Assembly (NCBI RefSeq): GCF_964355755.1 | Contig: NC_092672.1 | Coordinates: forward strand, 3,906,001-3,970,000 | Source of the DNA: Antedon mediterranea | Taxonomy: Eukaryota > Animalia > Echinodermata | DNA: 64,000 bases | Reading direction: 5' to 3' | Part shown: positions 24,297 to 38,130 of the stretch, piece by piece | Numbering within the stretch: the first letter of the stretch is position 1 | Layout: each line of letters begins with the position of its first letter | Program-made: the position numbers and the translations under genes | Notes under the pieces: generated by a model | What the model saw: the letters and a program-made list of their open reading frames with translations, nothing else | Told to the model about the DNA's origin: nothing | Databases searched by the model: none

Positions 24297-26865
24297 CTAG
24301 CACTGGGATTTATAAATTGTGTTTATGATTTTGCAATCTGCAATCAAGACTTCTCTCAAGTATAGTTAAATAATAAGTAATAGAGAAATGGATTTGAATT
24401 TAGAACGGTGATATTGAAAAGCATCTTGTGTCAACCTTAAATTACACATAAATTAAAAATAAACATTAGCTTGGTTTCAAATGGTTTAGTGCAAATAATA
24501 CTGCTTGGTTGTGTTGTAATTTCAAATTAGAAAATAAAAGTTGTTTCAAATTTACAGCGTATTTATGCTGCATCATTTGTTGAGGTGACTACACCGAAAA
24601 TAATAAAAAGATAACTATTCCGGCACATATGGTATTTCATACGTATAATTTTAAATTTGTTATACGCATCTTCCAACAGCGAGTAACTCGCCAATTACAG
24701 AACGGATAAACTATTTTATAATTGACTGTATAAAGTCTTGAGTTACAACCCTGGCACTAGGTCAGGATTGAACCTGGACCTTGGGATTGGAAGGCAAGCA
24801 TGTTAACCACCAAGCTACAGCTCAACTAACACATGAGCTCGTAAATCGCAACGCTGACTAACTGAGGTGAATAAGCGCCTGGGTGTTTGTGAAGAGACAC
24901 TTATAATGAAGCTCTGTCTACACTATCAAACTTTATTTGACAAAAAAATGTGATGTGCCCATATATGGACATGATGATGTCATATCACTACCATATTTGG
25001 ACACATCACACTTTTTTTGGTCAAACTAATTTGATACTGTAAACCGAGTTAACAGAGCACATGGGTTCAAATAAGTTGTCAATGTGTTCAGAAAAAAGGG
25101 TTGTTATTTAACCCTTACTAGGAAGCTCTTTCATGTGATTAAAATAGGTTTACAATGCCTTGCTTGGTACATAGTGGAGAGGTAAGACAAACATCTGTTA
25201 TCACACATTATGCACGTAGTACAGGCACTAGATTTGTTTGGCCCTTTCTCTCCTTGCATATAACTGATTAAAAATAAGCCATTAAGTTTCCTTTAGGAAA
25301 AGGCAAATTGTCCAAGAGTTAAATGTTAAAATGAATGCATATTTAAATAAATCTATGTGAGAATGAAGATAGATATGAAAATAAGAAAAAACTAAAGTAT
25401 ATTTAATATTTATTTTATTTGTAGCTTTGTGGATTTACAGTTTAAAAAAACATGATACAAAAAGAGACTATTTAGATGAGGGTGCATTAATTGAATTGTA
25501 GAACAGGAACGTCAGCACATTCCTGTTAAATTTGAAAAAAAAACAGTAAACAACAATTTGATATTACGTTGTTTCACCAATTACTGTTTAAAGCTCTGTC
25601 TACATTATCAAACCTTGTGACAAAAATATGTGATTTGCCCAAATAGGGTAGTGATATTCCCAAATATGGTAGTGATATGACATCATCATGTCCATATGGG
25701 CACATCACATGTTTTTGTCACAAGTTTGATAGTATAGACAAAGCTTTACTCCACCAAGCAGTCTATGGTTGACAAGCATGAACAGGAGTTTCTTTCAAAT
25801 AATATCTGTTGCTTAAGTAATATTATTTTATGTAATCAGGGGCGGATTTAGGCGAGGGCTAAACAGGCTTTAGCCTTCCCTCCCCCACACTAAAATTTAA
25901 GAGCCATATCTGCTCCTGCTAATCAATTTACCTAAATTCATTCATGTTTGACATTTTAATCAATTCTTTTAATATTGTATTTCTTAATGAACATTTACCA
26001 AATAAAAATCTATTTTTTATTAAATTATTTTAGCAAATAAATTTAAATAGATACATGAAAAAATAAAAAATATAACCTCCTTGGCGGAGGCAATTACCGT
26101 TATATAAAACAAAAATATTTGCATTTAAAAAAACAATTGTGATGTTGACATATTTGGATGAGCATATTTTTTAGAAGAAAATGGTACAATTGCACAAATT
26201 AATGTTGAAAATGAGGTAAACTGTCAGCATATGTGGAATGCAGGTATGTTTGTGTACACACCTTTTTTTTTTATAGCAGTGCTTATTATGTTTCTAGGTA
26301 TAATTTCAATAATATTTGAAAAATCATGCTCAAATTAAAAATGTCTATCTAATATAAGTTTACAGGGTTTTATTATAACCAGTGGTGACCCCAGGAAATG
26401 TTCGAGGGAGGGTAATTAACTTCGGAGACTTGTGGGAATTTCTCTCCAAATTATTAATACTTGTAGTATGATAGTAGTATGAAATGTTTTATCAACCAAC
26501 ATGCACTTTATTTGAACATTTACTGTAAATTCTTGCACCTGATTTGCACAAAACAAACATATAAATAATATAAATATAATAATATATATAAAAAAAAACA
26601 TTTATAAAAACAAAAGATTTGATGTTATGTACATTTATACATTGACATATTTACTATACATGGAAATTAAAATATAAATTAAAGGAATGTTTTGGATTAA
26701 AAATAAATATTAAAACAGATTGCACGTAGCAAAACTTGGAAAGTTTTACAATTAAATAATGTAGACTTAATAGTACCATAAATCTAACACCAATTCACTA
26801 TGTTGTTTGAAGCCAACTACAGTACACCTACTACACCTTCAGGACCCCAAAAAATGTTCCCTTAA

Positions 26866-27159
26866 AGAAGTATTGTCCCCAAAAACATGAAAAATAAAGA
26901 TTAATTAAATCAGACTTTGAATATGTGATTTAATAATTCCGTAGAAAAAACCCGAAAAAAAACCCAATGTTTTCACTTGACAAAATAATCAATCAAAAAC
27001 CCATTGGCTGGCAGCCATTTTTACCACTTTTTATTTTAAATTACAGGTAAATACATTTTTTTCGATCCAATTTCTGGTCAAAGTGGAACTATTATGTGAC
27101 ATTAAAATGGCAGATTCAACAAAAATCTTGTTGAGAATTTTAAGGGGGACAATACATCT
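26866..27159. mobile_element. Kolobok-like MITE (copies near 40539-40859 and 57044-57364; fragments near 5230-5475, 45910 and 49390)
   Basis: TTAA|AGAAGTATTGTCCCC ... GGGGACAATACATCT|TTAA; the right end is tandemly duplicated at 27164-27184. Confidence 0.75.
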
Positions 27160-27866
27160 TTAATAGGGGACAATACATCTTTAATAGGGATGTCCAAAAG
27201 GGAGGGTTTTTCTGTATATCTTTTTTGTAGCTTGTATTAAAGGTCTGTGTGGATTGAAAATCTATATACAGTATGGTTGGTTATCTAATGGTATAAATGT
27301 TGCCTTATAGGTCGCAGGTTCAAATCTTACCAGAGACATTTTTTTTATTTAACAAAATGTTTGGAACTTGTGTTGATATATGAGCTATGTTTGATATACA
27401 GTATGTTCCAAAATGAGCAGTGTGGTTTCTAGTAATGATTATATAGGCCTATTACACTGTATTTATTGGCCTACTATACATGCCATTCTCTACTCTGTAC
27501 AATTATATGACTAAATTTTTATTTCAAGGCCTTTGTAGAAAGATACCACAATTATATGACATTTATTCAGGCTTTTAGTCACGTTTAATACGTCCTTTTT
27601 GAAGCAAAAATCAGCTGAATTGGCTCCAGGCATTCAGTCACTTTGGAGGGTTCACCAGTCAATCCAATTGGCACCAGGCTTTTAGTCTCTGGGGCTTGGT
27701 CCTATTAAACACCACACAGCACTGTAATAGTACCACTAACATTAGACAATAATGCATGTTAGTACTGACCCTTAAATAATCAACGTCGCTACTAAATATA
27801 ACTTAACCTAACCTTCTCAATATTCCCTTCTATAGGTAGTGTGTTAGTGGAGTCTATCCTAGAGTC

Positions 27867-29380
27867 ATATAACACCTAAATAAATTCCTGTCATTTGATT
27901 GTGGATCACATGGCGTGCAATAGTACGCACTATTAAACGATCGTTTAACAGTACTTTTTTTGTGTACGAAAAAAAAAATATTTTGTTTTATACTATTGCG
28001 TTTGAAATACAACAGCGCCACCTATTTTGTACTTTCGCGGCGATTTGAATGTTATAACTGGTTTTTCGCGATGGAAGTACATTTCTGGAGATATATGTAC
28101 TAATTTAGATCAAAAAGGCATTTCAATTAGCTTCAGATCGTTTATAGGATTTTGATTAACTAATGGGAACATCTCTAAAAGATATGAAATCGTTGAAAAA
28201 ACATAATTAGCCTAGATGAGTTCTAGTTGCCTGTCAAAGTTTTGCCTTTCAGCCTAGCTAGTAGGCCTGTTAGTACTAGGCCTAGCAAGATTAAAACGTC
28301 TAGTTTGTTTGGTCGTTTGTTGACATAATTAACACTAAAGTAGGTGTGTTTATAAAATCCATATAAATATAACATTTAATATTATACAGATATTGACTGC
28401 TTAGAGGTTAAATATAAGATTTGACATCCCCGAGGGAATGATATTAAGTTCGAGGGAATATATATTTCCCGAAGCGCCGATATAAAAGGCAATATCTGTT
28501 ATATTATAATAGCCAAGAACAAGTCTGCTGGGTTGGGTGAAGCTAGGCTACAGGAGAATTTCCATAAGCCTATTAATAATAATATTATAATCAGGTAGGC
28601 CGAATAAACAATTCGTCTTCTTCTCGATCTTCGAGGAGCCGAATCACCGGATGTTCAGCGCGTACTAGTTACTAGGTTACTACCGTGAGTATTGACCAAT
28701 CACAAACTGTGTTTCATCACATTTAGGGCGGACTAATAACAAATGAGGGCGCTATGTATGCATAGCTTAAATAGTTTAGAAGATTAATTACTTCAAGCAA
28801 GTTTCGTGGCGCAGCGGTTGAAACGTTGTCTTGTGATGGAGTGACAATTGCATCGCAAGTTCAAGATAAGTAGATGACTTTTGTTTATTTATCGGCAAAC
28901 GCGAGTGTTGCACACGAAAATTACACAGTCAATATCATCGTACTCGAGAATTTATATGATTAATGACAGGGGACACGATTATTACACGAAAATTACACAG
29001 TCAATATCATCGTTCTCGAGGATATATACGATTTACGATCCTCGCAGTGGTAGTCATGTGATGCAGTTTCAACCAATCACGTTCGCGTATTTACGTAGGC
29101 TATGTAATATAATATTATAAAACACCAAATGTTACTGTCAATGTGAATCAAATGTAAGCCTAAGCCTACCTTTTATTTGATTCAAATGACAGGATTCTAT
29201 TTAGATGTTATATAAAACAAATAATGAATGCTTTATATTCGTGAATGAATATTTGGTGAATGATGAAAGGTTATATATCAACTCGACTTCGCCTCGTTGA
29301 AATATAACCAGGCTTTCATCATTCACCTCATGCCATTATTTGTACCATTACACTCATAAAAATTCATTTTTTGTAGATTA
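27867..29380. mobile_element. Hairpin-ended non-autonomous element (Crypton-like by structure); copies about 41537-42312 and 58050-59632
   Basis: Inverted pair ATATAACACCTAAATAAATTCCTGTCATTTGA / TCAAATGACAGGATTCTATTTAGATGTTATAT, followed by a hairpin GGTGAATGATGAAAG..CAACTCGACTTCGCCTCGTTG..CTTTCATCATTCACC. Family assignment is inference. Confidence 0.55.
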
Positions 29381-29594
29381 TCATTTACAAATAGTGTTGT
29401 GTGGTGTTTAGTAGAGGACTAAACAGACTCCCACTCTTTTTGGAGGGCTAAGGGCACTAGTCAATCCAACATGCTCAATAGTCTCCTGCCTTTGGTCTCT
29501 CTGGAGTCTGTCCAAATGTTCACATAGCATGAAGAACAATCTTCAAATGAATTCTGATAATGATGATTTACTTCATGGCTAATCTGTGTTGTTG

Positions 29595-29633
29595 TTATAA
29601 GTCAGTTTCTCTAATCCAATCAAAGTTATCAAA
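29595..29633 (-). pseudogene. RSKR: Terminal coding exon of the kinase (hydrophobic-motif-like FDNFDW), unit 1
   Basis: Strong acceptor ttttctattttacag| then FDNFDWIRETDL*. This matches the AGC-kinase F-x-x-F-[D/S/T]-aromatic tail. Confidence 0.7.
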
Positions 29634-30019
29634 CTGTAAAATAGAAAATATTATTATTATTATTATGTAATAATTAAAATGTCTAAATCAAAAATAAAAA
29701 CTTAATATTGACTATTACAACATAATCTACATGAAGACCCTTAAACAAAGGATACATTATATTCATATTTGACTACAGTAAGGAACAAAATATGTAACCA
29801 TCACATCATATTTTGTTTTACATTAATGGGACGAATTATATTAATATTTGAATACAGTAAGAAATATGTAAACATAACATCATATTTTGTTTTACATACT
29901 ACTGTAATGGGACAAATTATATTTATATTTGGCTGGAGTAAGTATTACAATATATGCTCTTCAGTGTAATGACTGACATGTGTGCGCATACACACTTTTT
30001 AAGAAACAAGAAGCATCAA

Positions 30020-30420
30020 GTTGATTGACGTTCAGAAATAGACCAATCAGCATCTTCCTATTATTTTACCTAATGGGAAGAATTATTAATTATCTATGTT
30101 CACATATGAGAGGGAGGTAGTTTATTTAACTTCACAAAAACTGCGGAAGTCATCGGATATTGAAGTTCCGATTAGTAATCCGGTTTAAATAGTTCCCTTT
30201 CCTAATGTTATTGTAACACAAAGAGCCGGTCTAATAAAGGTACTTAACAAGTTCGAAAGTCGTGGGAATCGCATGATATGTCCTTTACATTATGGTATAA
30301 TATCAGAAAATGGACAAATTAGGGAATTTTCGATTGCAAAATCACAACATATTGTTTACACGTGAGGAACAGATTTCATCTATAAAAGTCAAGTGAAAAT
30401 TGAAACTGGATTTATTCATA
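30020..30420 (+). promoter_or_regulatory. TATA promoter of C1q copy 1, repeated before every C1q copy
   Basis: TATAAAA 30381-30387, about 100 bp before the ATG; CCAAT near 30043, GCGGAAGT near 30143, GGGAATTTTC 30322, ATTGCAAAAT 30333, TGTTTACACGTG 30353. Confidence 0.65.
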
Positions 30421-30485
30421 CAACAGCAGATGACAAGGAAACACCCAGTTTACAGATCAACAGAAAAGACATTCAGAAAACAACA

Positions 30486-32078
30486 ATGTATCTCCGGTAA
30501 GTAAATTGTTCTTTAAGCTTTTAATAATATTTAGGATGATATTTGGTGCTACTGTACTTTAGCACTGCTACTCTGTACTTTGACATTACTGTCTTTTACT
30601 GTAGTACTGATTTGTTAGAATTCTGTAACCTTCCTTGAACATGTTGGCAGTGGGAAGGAAAAAACAATATTAAAACACACAGAAGGTACAATATGAGTCG
30701 TGTGTACTCCAGTTAGGAATGCAATACAACTGAAGATCATTTAATACAAATCAATTTGATGTGAAATTATTGTAAGGTAAAGTGGAGTCTTGTGTTCATT
30801 CTGAACAAAGTGGGATGAGCTGTTAGGAGCTCAAGGTAATAAGCCTTAGCACAATTCCTTTCCATGCTGCCTTATCCTTCCTAGCATTTTCAGGTACTCA
30901 TTTACAGCTGAGTTGACTGGTAGTTGTTTTTATCTGGAAATTAATTTGGGTCTTTCTGTATGATAGTTCAACCACTTGGCTACTAAACTTCAACAAATTA
31001 TTATATAATACAGTAATACCACATTCAAAACTTGGGCTGAGTCATGTTGTTTCCTTGTACAGTCAGGATCCTTCTTGTTCCTGGCCAGGAACAAGAAGGA
31101 GCCTGTGAAATAAAAGGGTTGCAGAATGCTGGCTCGATAATGATCAGTGTGCAAAATATACTTTGACAAAACCCTGCTTGATAATGATTAATTGATTGCA
31201 ATCTTTTTAAAAATTAAAAAAAAAGGGTACTTTTATATGTTTATAGCTTAACTTAAGTATGGTAGATAAAGAGTGCAATTAAAGAGGGAAACGGTTAACA
31301 CACTGTTGTTATATTGAATTTCAGACTTAATATGATGTTAACAATTGTGATACAGATTAGTATAATCTATGTCATCAAATCAGCAGCTCAAACCAATTCT
31401 GAAGCTTGTAATAGCTGTTGTACAGCTGGGGTTCCTGGCATTCCAGGAAATCACGGAAATCCAGGTGCAGCAGGGCCACAAGGAATGAGTGGAGTGAAAG
31501 GAGAACAAGGAATGAATGGAGAACAAGGAATGAAAGGAGAACAAGGAATGAAAGGAGATAATGGAAGGAATGGCTTAGATGGGACTCCTGGAAAGTTAGG
31601 ACCAACTGGACCTCAAGGTATTGTTGGACTACCAGGTACAAATGGTGTAAAAGGAGAAAAGGGTGAACAATCTATTCAGCAAAAATCTTCCTTTTCAGTA
31701 GTTTTTACATCATCCCCAGGTCGTCATGACACTAGCCCAATGAAGTATGACACAATAATTACAGATGTAGGAAATCACTACAACAAAGAAACAGGAAAGT
31801 TTGTCTGTGCAATTCCAGGTATTTATGTTTTCCAGGTGACATCAATGAAATCAAGTGGTAGTGGTAAAATTTTAACAAGAATCATGAAAAATGGCAATAT
31901 TCAAATGTCTGCATGGATGAGTGCCTCTGGGTATAATTCTGTAAGCACAATGGTGGTTCTTGATCTGGTATCAGGTGATCAAGTATGGACTCAGCCATAT
32001 AATTCAGCCTACAACTATTACTACAGTGACAGTGGAAGATACTGCTCATTCTCTGGTTTCTTACTTTATGCAGCATAA
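30486..32078 (+). CDS. Secreted collagen + C1q-domain protein (CTRP-like), copy 1, intact
   Basis: Exon 1 ATGTATCTCCG|gtaagt 30486-30496 (MYLR), exon 2 31325-32078. Signal peptide, CxxCC motif, Gly-X-Y repeat and gC1q motifs ([46 protein letters not shown]). Confidence 0.95.
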
Positions 32079-33766
32079 AGCAAACATATACAAATACTTG
32101 TAATGTTTTAAACAATTAATTTGCAAATAGGCATCTAGAAGTCAAACTATATAAATGACACAAGCTAAATTTAATATTATATTATTTTTTCAATTATTGA
32201 TTATTTCTGCTTCAGATGCAACAGTTTAGATGAATGATGTCAATTTTACCAGTTAAAAAATTATAGATATAACATTTATTTCATTTGAAGAACTAAATTG
32301 TTTAAATACATTGTTAGAAATAAAAATATTAATATTCAGTATTTTAAGTAAATCTATGTTATGTTGAACTATGCAGGCGGTTCAATTTCTTTTGGCCTAC
32401 TGTATTCACACTCAAATCAGTCCTAAATCAGGAAGGTTTTAGTAAATTCATCCACTACAATTCTAAGTTAATTAATGAAAGACTGTCAACACTCAGTAGT
32501 GTGACATTTGACCTGCAACTTTTAAAACAGGTTTTACACATTTATTAACCCATGGCTGGTAGACTGCACAAAGATTATACTTAGAAATATATCAGTATGG
32601 GTAACTCAATCAAAGCCTCTTCTTTTTTTTTTGGTTGAGTTTTGAATTCTTTCCTTGGCACACTTTACTTATAAAATTCATATGAATCGCAATATTGCTC
32701 ATAACGACACCGAAACCAGTTTGTTACAACTCGACATATATAACTTTTGCATAAAATACAAAACGGAACTGAACGTTAGGGGAAACAATAAATTCTGATA
32801 AAAAGAATGAAATATTTGACATACTACAAAAAATGCACTAAACATAAAAGAAAACATGACAAAATGGTAAAAAATACTGAAGAGGATTCTGAAAACTATG
32901 AAAACTAGAGAAATAAAACACCTCCAAAATATTTAGACGAACTTATATACCAATGAAATATGAAGAGGCTTAAAAACAGGATCAATCATATTAATATTGA
33001 CTACAGTAAGAAACAAAATATGTAAATGTCAAATTTACATATTTTTTTTTACATTCTGTATGTACCGGTAATAGGATGAATTATATTAATATTAGAATAC
33101 AGTAAGAAATATGTAAACAACATTTACATATTCTGTTTTACATAATTAATACTGTATGTGGGAAAAATTATATAAATATTTTACTACATTTACATATTTT
33201 GTTTTAATACTGTAATGGGACAAATTATATTTATATTTGGCTGGAGTAAGTATTACAATATATGCTCTTCAGTGTAATAATGTGTGCGCATACACACTTT
33301 TAAAGAAATATGAAGCACCAAGTTGATTGACGTTCAGAAATAGACCAATCAGCATCTTCCTATTACTTTACCTAATGGGAAGAATTAGTAATTATCTATG
33401 TTCACATGTGAGATGGAGGTAGTTTATTGAATTTCACAAAAACTGCGGAAGTCATCGGATATTTAAGTTTCGATTAGTCTAATAAATGGTAACCACAGGT
33501 ACTTGTTTGTTTAGAAAAAAACATATAACAAGTTCAAAAGTCGTGGGAATCGCATGATATGTCCTTTACATTATGGTATAATATCAGCAAATGGACAAAT
33601 TAGGGAGTTTTCGATTGCAAAATCACAACATGTTGTTTACACGTGAGGAACAGATTTCATCTATAAAAGTCGAGTGAAAATTGAAACTAAATTTATTCAT
33701 ACAACAGCAGATGACAGGGAAACATCCAGTTTACAGATCAACAGAAAAGACATTCAGAAAACAACA

Positions 33767-35504
33767 ATGTATCTCCGGTAAGTACATTTTTATTTTAGCT
33801 TTTAATATTTAGGATGGTATTTGGTGCTACTGTACTTTAGCACTGCTACTCTGTACTTTGACATTACTGTCTTTTACTGTAGTACTGATTTGTTAGAATT
33901 CTGTAACCTTTCTTGTATATGTTGGCAGTGAGAAGAAAAAAACAATATTAAAACACACAGAAGGTACAATATGGGTCGTGTGTACTCCAGTTAGGAATGC
34001 AATACAACTGAAGATCATTTAATACATGTCAATTTCTGTTATTCTTTTACCATTGTGTTCTATAAGCCTATCTGAGATTATTTTATTATATACATTAACA
34101 TTTGATATGAAATTATTGTAAGGTAAACTGGAGTCCTGTGTTCATTCTGAACAAAGTGAAATGAGCTATTAGGAGCTCAATGTAATAAACCTTAGCATTA
34201 TGTGGTAGGATGGCCAGTTCCTTTCCACGCTACCTCATCCTTCCTAGAATTTTCAATCAGGTACTCATTTACAGATGAGTTGTTCTTATCGGGAAATTAA
34301 ATTGGTTCTTTCTGTATGATAGTCAAGTGTCCAACCACTCAGCTACCAAACTTCTTCGGCTAACAAATTATTATAAATATCATATTTAAAACTTCTTGTT
34401 GGGCTTAGTTATGTTGTTTCCTTGTACAGTACAACTGGACAGCTTATTGCTCCAGGGAGAATCGTATGTAGGCTGTGAAATAAAAGGATTACAGAATGCT
34501 GGCTGATGAACATACTTTGAAAAAACCCTGCTTGACAATGATTGATTCCAAACATTTTTTTTTACAAAATTTTAATACGGGGTATTTTTTGCTTCATTTT
34601 GATATAAACAAGTTTGGTTGATAAGAGTGTAATTATTACTAAATGTTTTAAGGGGTATAATTAATAATAACATACAGTGTTTATATTGAATTTCAGATTT
34701 AATATGATATTAACAATGGTGATACAGATTAGTATAATCTATGTCATCAAATCAGCAGCTCAAACCAATTCTGAAGCTTGTAATAGCTGTTGTACAGCTG
34801 GGGTTCCTGGAATTCCAGGACATCATGGTAATCCAGGTGCATCAGGGCCACAAGGAATGAATGGAGAACAAGGAATAAAAGGAGAACAAGGAATGAATGG
34901 AGTGAAAGGAGAACAAGGAATGAATGGAGAACAAGGAATGAAAGGAGAACAAGGAATGAATGGAGAACAAGGAATGAAAGGAGATAATGGAAGGAATGGC
35001 TTAGATGGGTCTCCTGGAAAGTTAGGACCAACTGGACCTCAAGGTATTGTTGGATTACCAGGTGCAAATGGTGTAAAGGGAGAAAAGGGTGAACAAGCTA
35101 GTCAGCAGAAATCTGCCTTTTCAGTAGTTTTTACATCAAACCCAGGTCGTCATGCCACTAGCCCAATGAAGTACGACACAATAATTACAGATGTTGGAAA
35201 TCATTACAACAAAGAAACAGGCAAGTTTGTCTGTACAATTCCAGGTGTTTATGTATTCCAGGTGACATCAATGAAATTAAGTGGTAGTGGTAAAATTTTA
35301 ACAAGAATCATGAAAAATGGCAATAATCAAATGTCTGCATGGATGAGTGCTGCTGGGTATAATTCTGTAAGCACAATGGTGGTACTTGATCTAGTATCAG
35401 GTGATGAAGTATGGACTCAGCCACATAGTTCAATCTATAACTATTACTACAGTGACATCCTAAGATACTGCTCATTCTCTGGTTTCTTACTTTATGCAGC
35501 ATAA
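33767..35504 (+). CDS. Secreted collagen + C1q-domain protein, copy 2, intact
   Basis: Exons 33767-33777 and 34697-35504; same architecture as copy 1, open frame. Confidence 0.95.
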
Positions 35505-37343
35505 AGCAAACATATACAAATAATTGTATTGTTTTAAACAATTAATTTGCAAATAGGCATCTAGAAGTCAAACTATATAAATGTCACAAGCTACATTATA
35601 TATTATTTTTGCAAAGATAGATTATATCTGCTTGAGATGCAGATGAATGATGCTAATTCAAAAGAAGCTTTTGTTAGTAATTTTTTAAGATCAATTTTAC
35701 CAGTAAAAAAATATAGATATGACATTTATTTCATTTGTGCAACTAAATTGTTTAAATAAATGTTAGAAATAAAAATATTAATATTCAGTATTTTGAGTAA
35801 ATTTATGTTATGTTTAAACTATGCAGGCGGTTCAAAAGAATTACATTTCTTTACACACTTTATTACGGCTTATTCACACTCAAATCAGTCCTAAATTAGG
35901 AAGGTTTTAGTAAATTCATCCACTACAATTCTGAATTAATTAATGAATGACTGTCAACATTCAGTTGTGAGACATTTGACCTGCAACTTTTAAAACAGAT
36001 TTTATACATTTATTAACCCATGGCTGGTAGTAGTACTACACCTTACAAAGATTATGCTAAGAGAAATTTATCAGCATGGGTAACTTTGCAAGTTCCTTGT
36101 TTAAAAATCAAAGCCTCTTCTTTTTTTAAAGTTTTGAATTCTTTCCTTGGCACACGTTATTTTATAAAATTCATATGAATCGCAATATTGCTCATGACGA
36201 CACTGGAAACCAGTTTGTTACAACTTGACAAATAACGTTGCATAAAATACAAAACAGAACTGAACATACTTCTAAACTCTGTCTACACTATCAAGCTATT
36301 TTAACAAAATATGGTAGTAATATGCCAAAAGATGGTCATCATATCCATATATGGGCAAATCAACATTTTTGTCACAAACTTTGATAGTGTAGACCGAGCT
36401 TTGGATGAAAAAATTATCCCATAACCAATTATAAGAATAGTACATTTGGAAATAGACTACACTACTTTAGAATACTTACGGACAATTTTATTTATAACCT
36501 TATTATACATCTCAATGTGATTGGTGGAACCACTTAACGGATATTTACCCGTCATCAAGCAAAACATTATAATGCCGAGTGACCACCAGTCAACACGATG
36601 ATCATAGTCACCCATATTTAGTTCTTCAGGCGCTGAAAAAATTAAGGTAGATGTTTAGTTGTCCTGTTAAAAAAAACATTAAAACTATGGTATAAATTTG
36701 GAGACTATTACAGAGCAAAATTTAGATATGTGACCATGTTTAATTAGCGGTGGTCGATATAGGATTTAAAAAAAGATGGTTTAGGGCCGGAAATCAACAA
36801 AAGGAAGTTCTGTGCATCTCTCCTATTCTAGCTTACATTAACTATTAACTACATACTGTATTAACTACGAATTCAGCATTTTATTAATCAATTTAAAAAA
36901 CTGTCTACCTGTTGAACAATAAACAATTTAGGATGATATTATTTAAAGATAGCAAAATGATTCACTTAGCCTTATTAGAAATAATAATAGATATACAACT
37001 ACCCACCCATATACATAAGTGTCCCACAGACACTGGACGTTCTGCCACCTTGCTTCAGCCATTTTGAAAGTCCAAAATCGGACAGAAGTATATGACCGCC
37101 CTCATAAAGTAAAATATTCTCCATCTGAAAAGAAAAATGAGTGTTTTTAAATCTTTCAGCCAAGCCAATTTAAACTCCCTGCCTGTAATTTGCTTCGAGA
37201 ATCCAGAATTTGAATATGATCACTTTCAACAATCTGCATCTGCTACGAAAATAGAAATAATCATAGCAGAAGATGTTTAATAAGTTCTTTTATTATAATA
37301 TATTAATATGCATAATATACACACAACAGGCAAAGAACATTAA

Positions 37344-37969
37344 AGACCCCTTCCCTGCAATTTTGGACGTTTTTTGGAAAATAATACATATATATCACTT
37401 TAAAAACATTAAACCATGTCATTCCTTGTCTTAAATGTACGTTTTATGGTAAAGTATGATAAAAAGTGAGAAACAATGCACTACCTAAGTAGCTCGCGGC
37501 GATCGACCTCTCGTGGACGGTCTTAGGCCTAGCCTAGCTAAGCTTAGTTTTGTAGGCCTAGCTGGTAAACATCGGTAACGTACGAGCATCGTACGCTACC
37601 TATATACCTAGCCTGACGTTGTATAGTTGCTGCATTAATTGTCTTTCTATTTTTGCCAGACTCCGTTGATACAAATTGGGGAAAACCCGGTATTTTCGCT
37701 GAAAAGTTAGGAGTCTTCCATTTGTTTTGGCCTCACGATCGATCGAAAAGTGGGCGAATTACAGGTGAAAAACAAAAATATCAATCCGCGCGCAATGCAT
37801 TTTGGGATTTATAGCGGGCCGCTATAATTATTAGAATCGACTTATTTTTTACATTTTTAACCGTTTAAAGACGAAAAAAGTTATCGCAATAGGATCATAT
37901 AGTATTATTTTTACATTAAATATAGTTTGTGATCTTAAATTAGATCTAAAAAACGTAGGGAATGGGGCT
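37344..37969. mobile_element. Kolobok-like element with empty site in the paralogous unit
   Basis: TTAA|AGACCCCTTCCCT ... AGGGAATGGGGCT|TTAA; the paralogous site near 54432 reads GAACATTAATTCTAAACC, with a single TTAA. Confidence 0.9.
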
Positions 37970-38059
37970 TTAATTCTAAACCGCCCGGTGATATACTGAA
38001 ATTAAATCAATTAATTTGAAACAATAAGATGAGGAAATCTGTGAGAATGAGAAAAAGTC

Positions 38060-38130
38060 GCCCCAACCGAGACCCGAACCCGGACCTTCTGCTTGATATG
38101 CAGCTGTCCTAACCATTAGACCACTGGGGC
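38060..38130 (-). repeat. tRNA-derived SINE head / tRNA-like remnant (copy near 54521-54590; similar heads near 4605-4670, 24760-24825 and 28800-28870)
   Basis: On the - strand: CCCCAGTGGTCTAATGG (A box) ... GGTTCGGGTCTCGGTTGGGG (B-box-like); imperfect cloverleaf. Confidence 0.55.

Noticed and set aside
38060-38130. Functional tRNA gene
   Set aside because: Only the A/B boxes are recognisable; the arms are imperfect and similar degenerate heads recur, consistent with SINE remnants.
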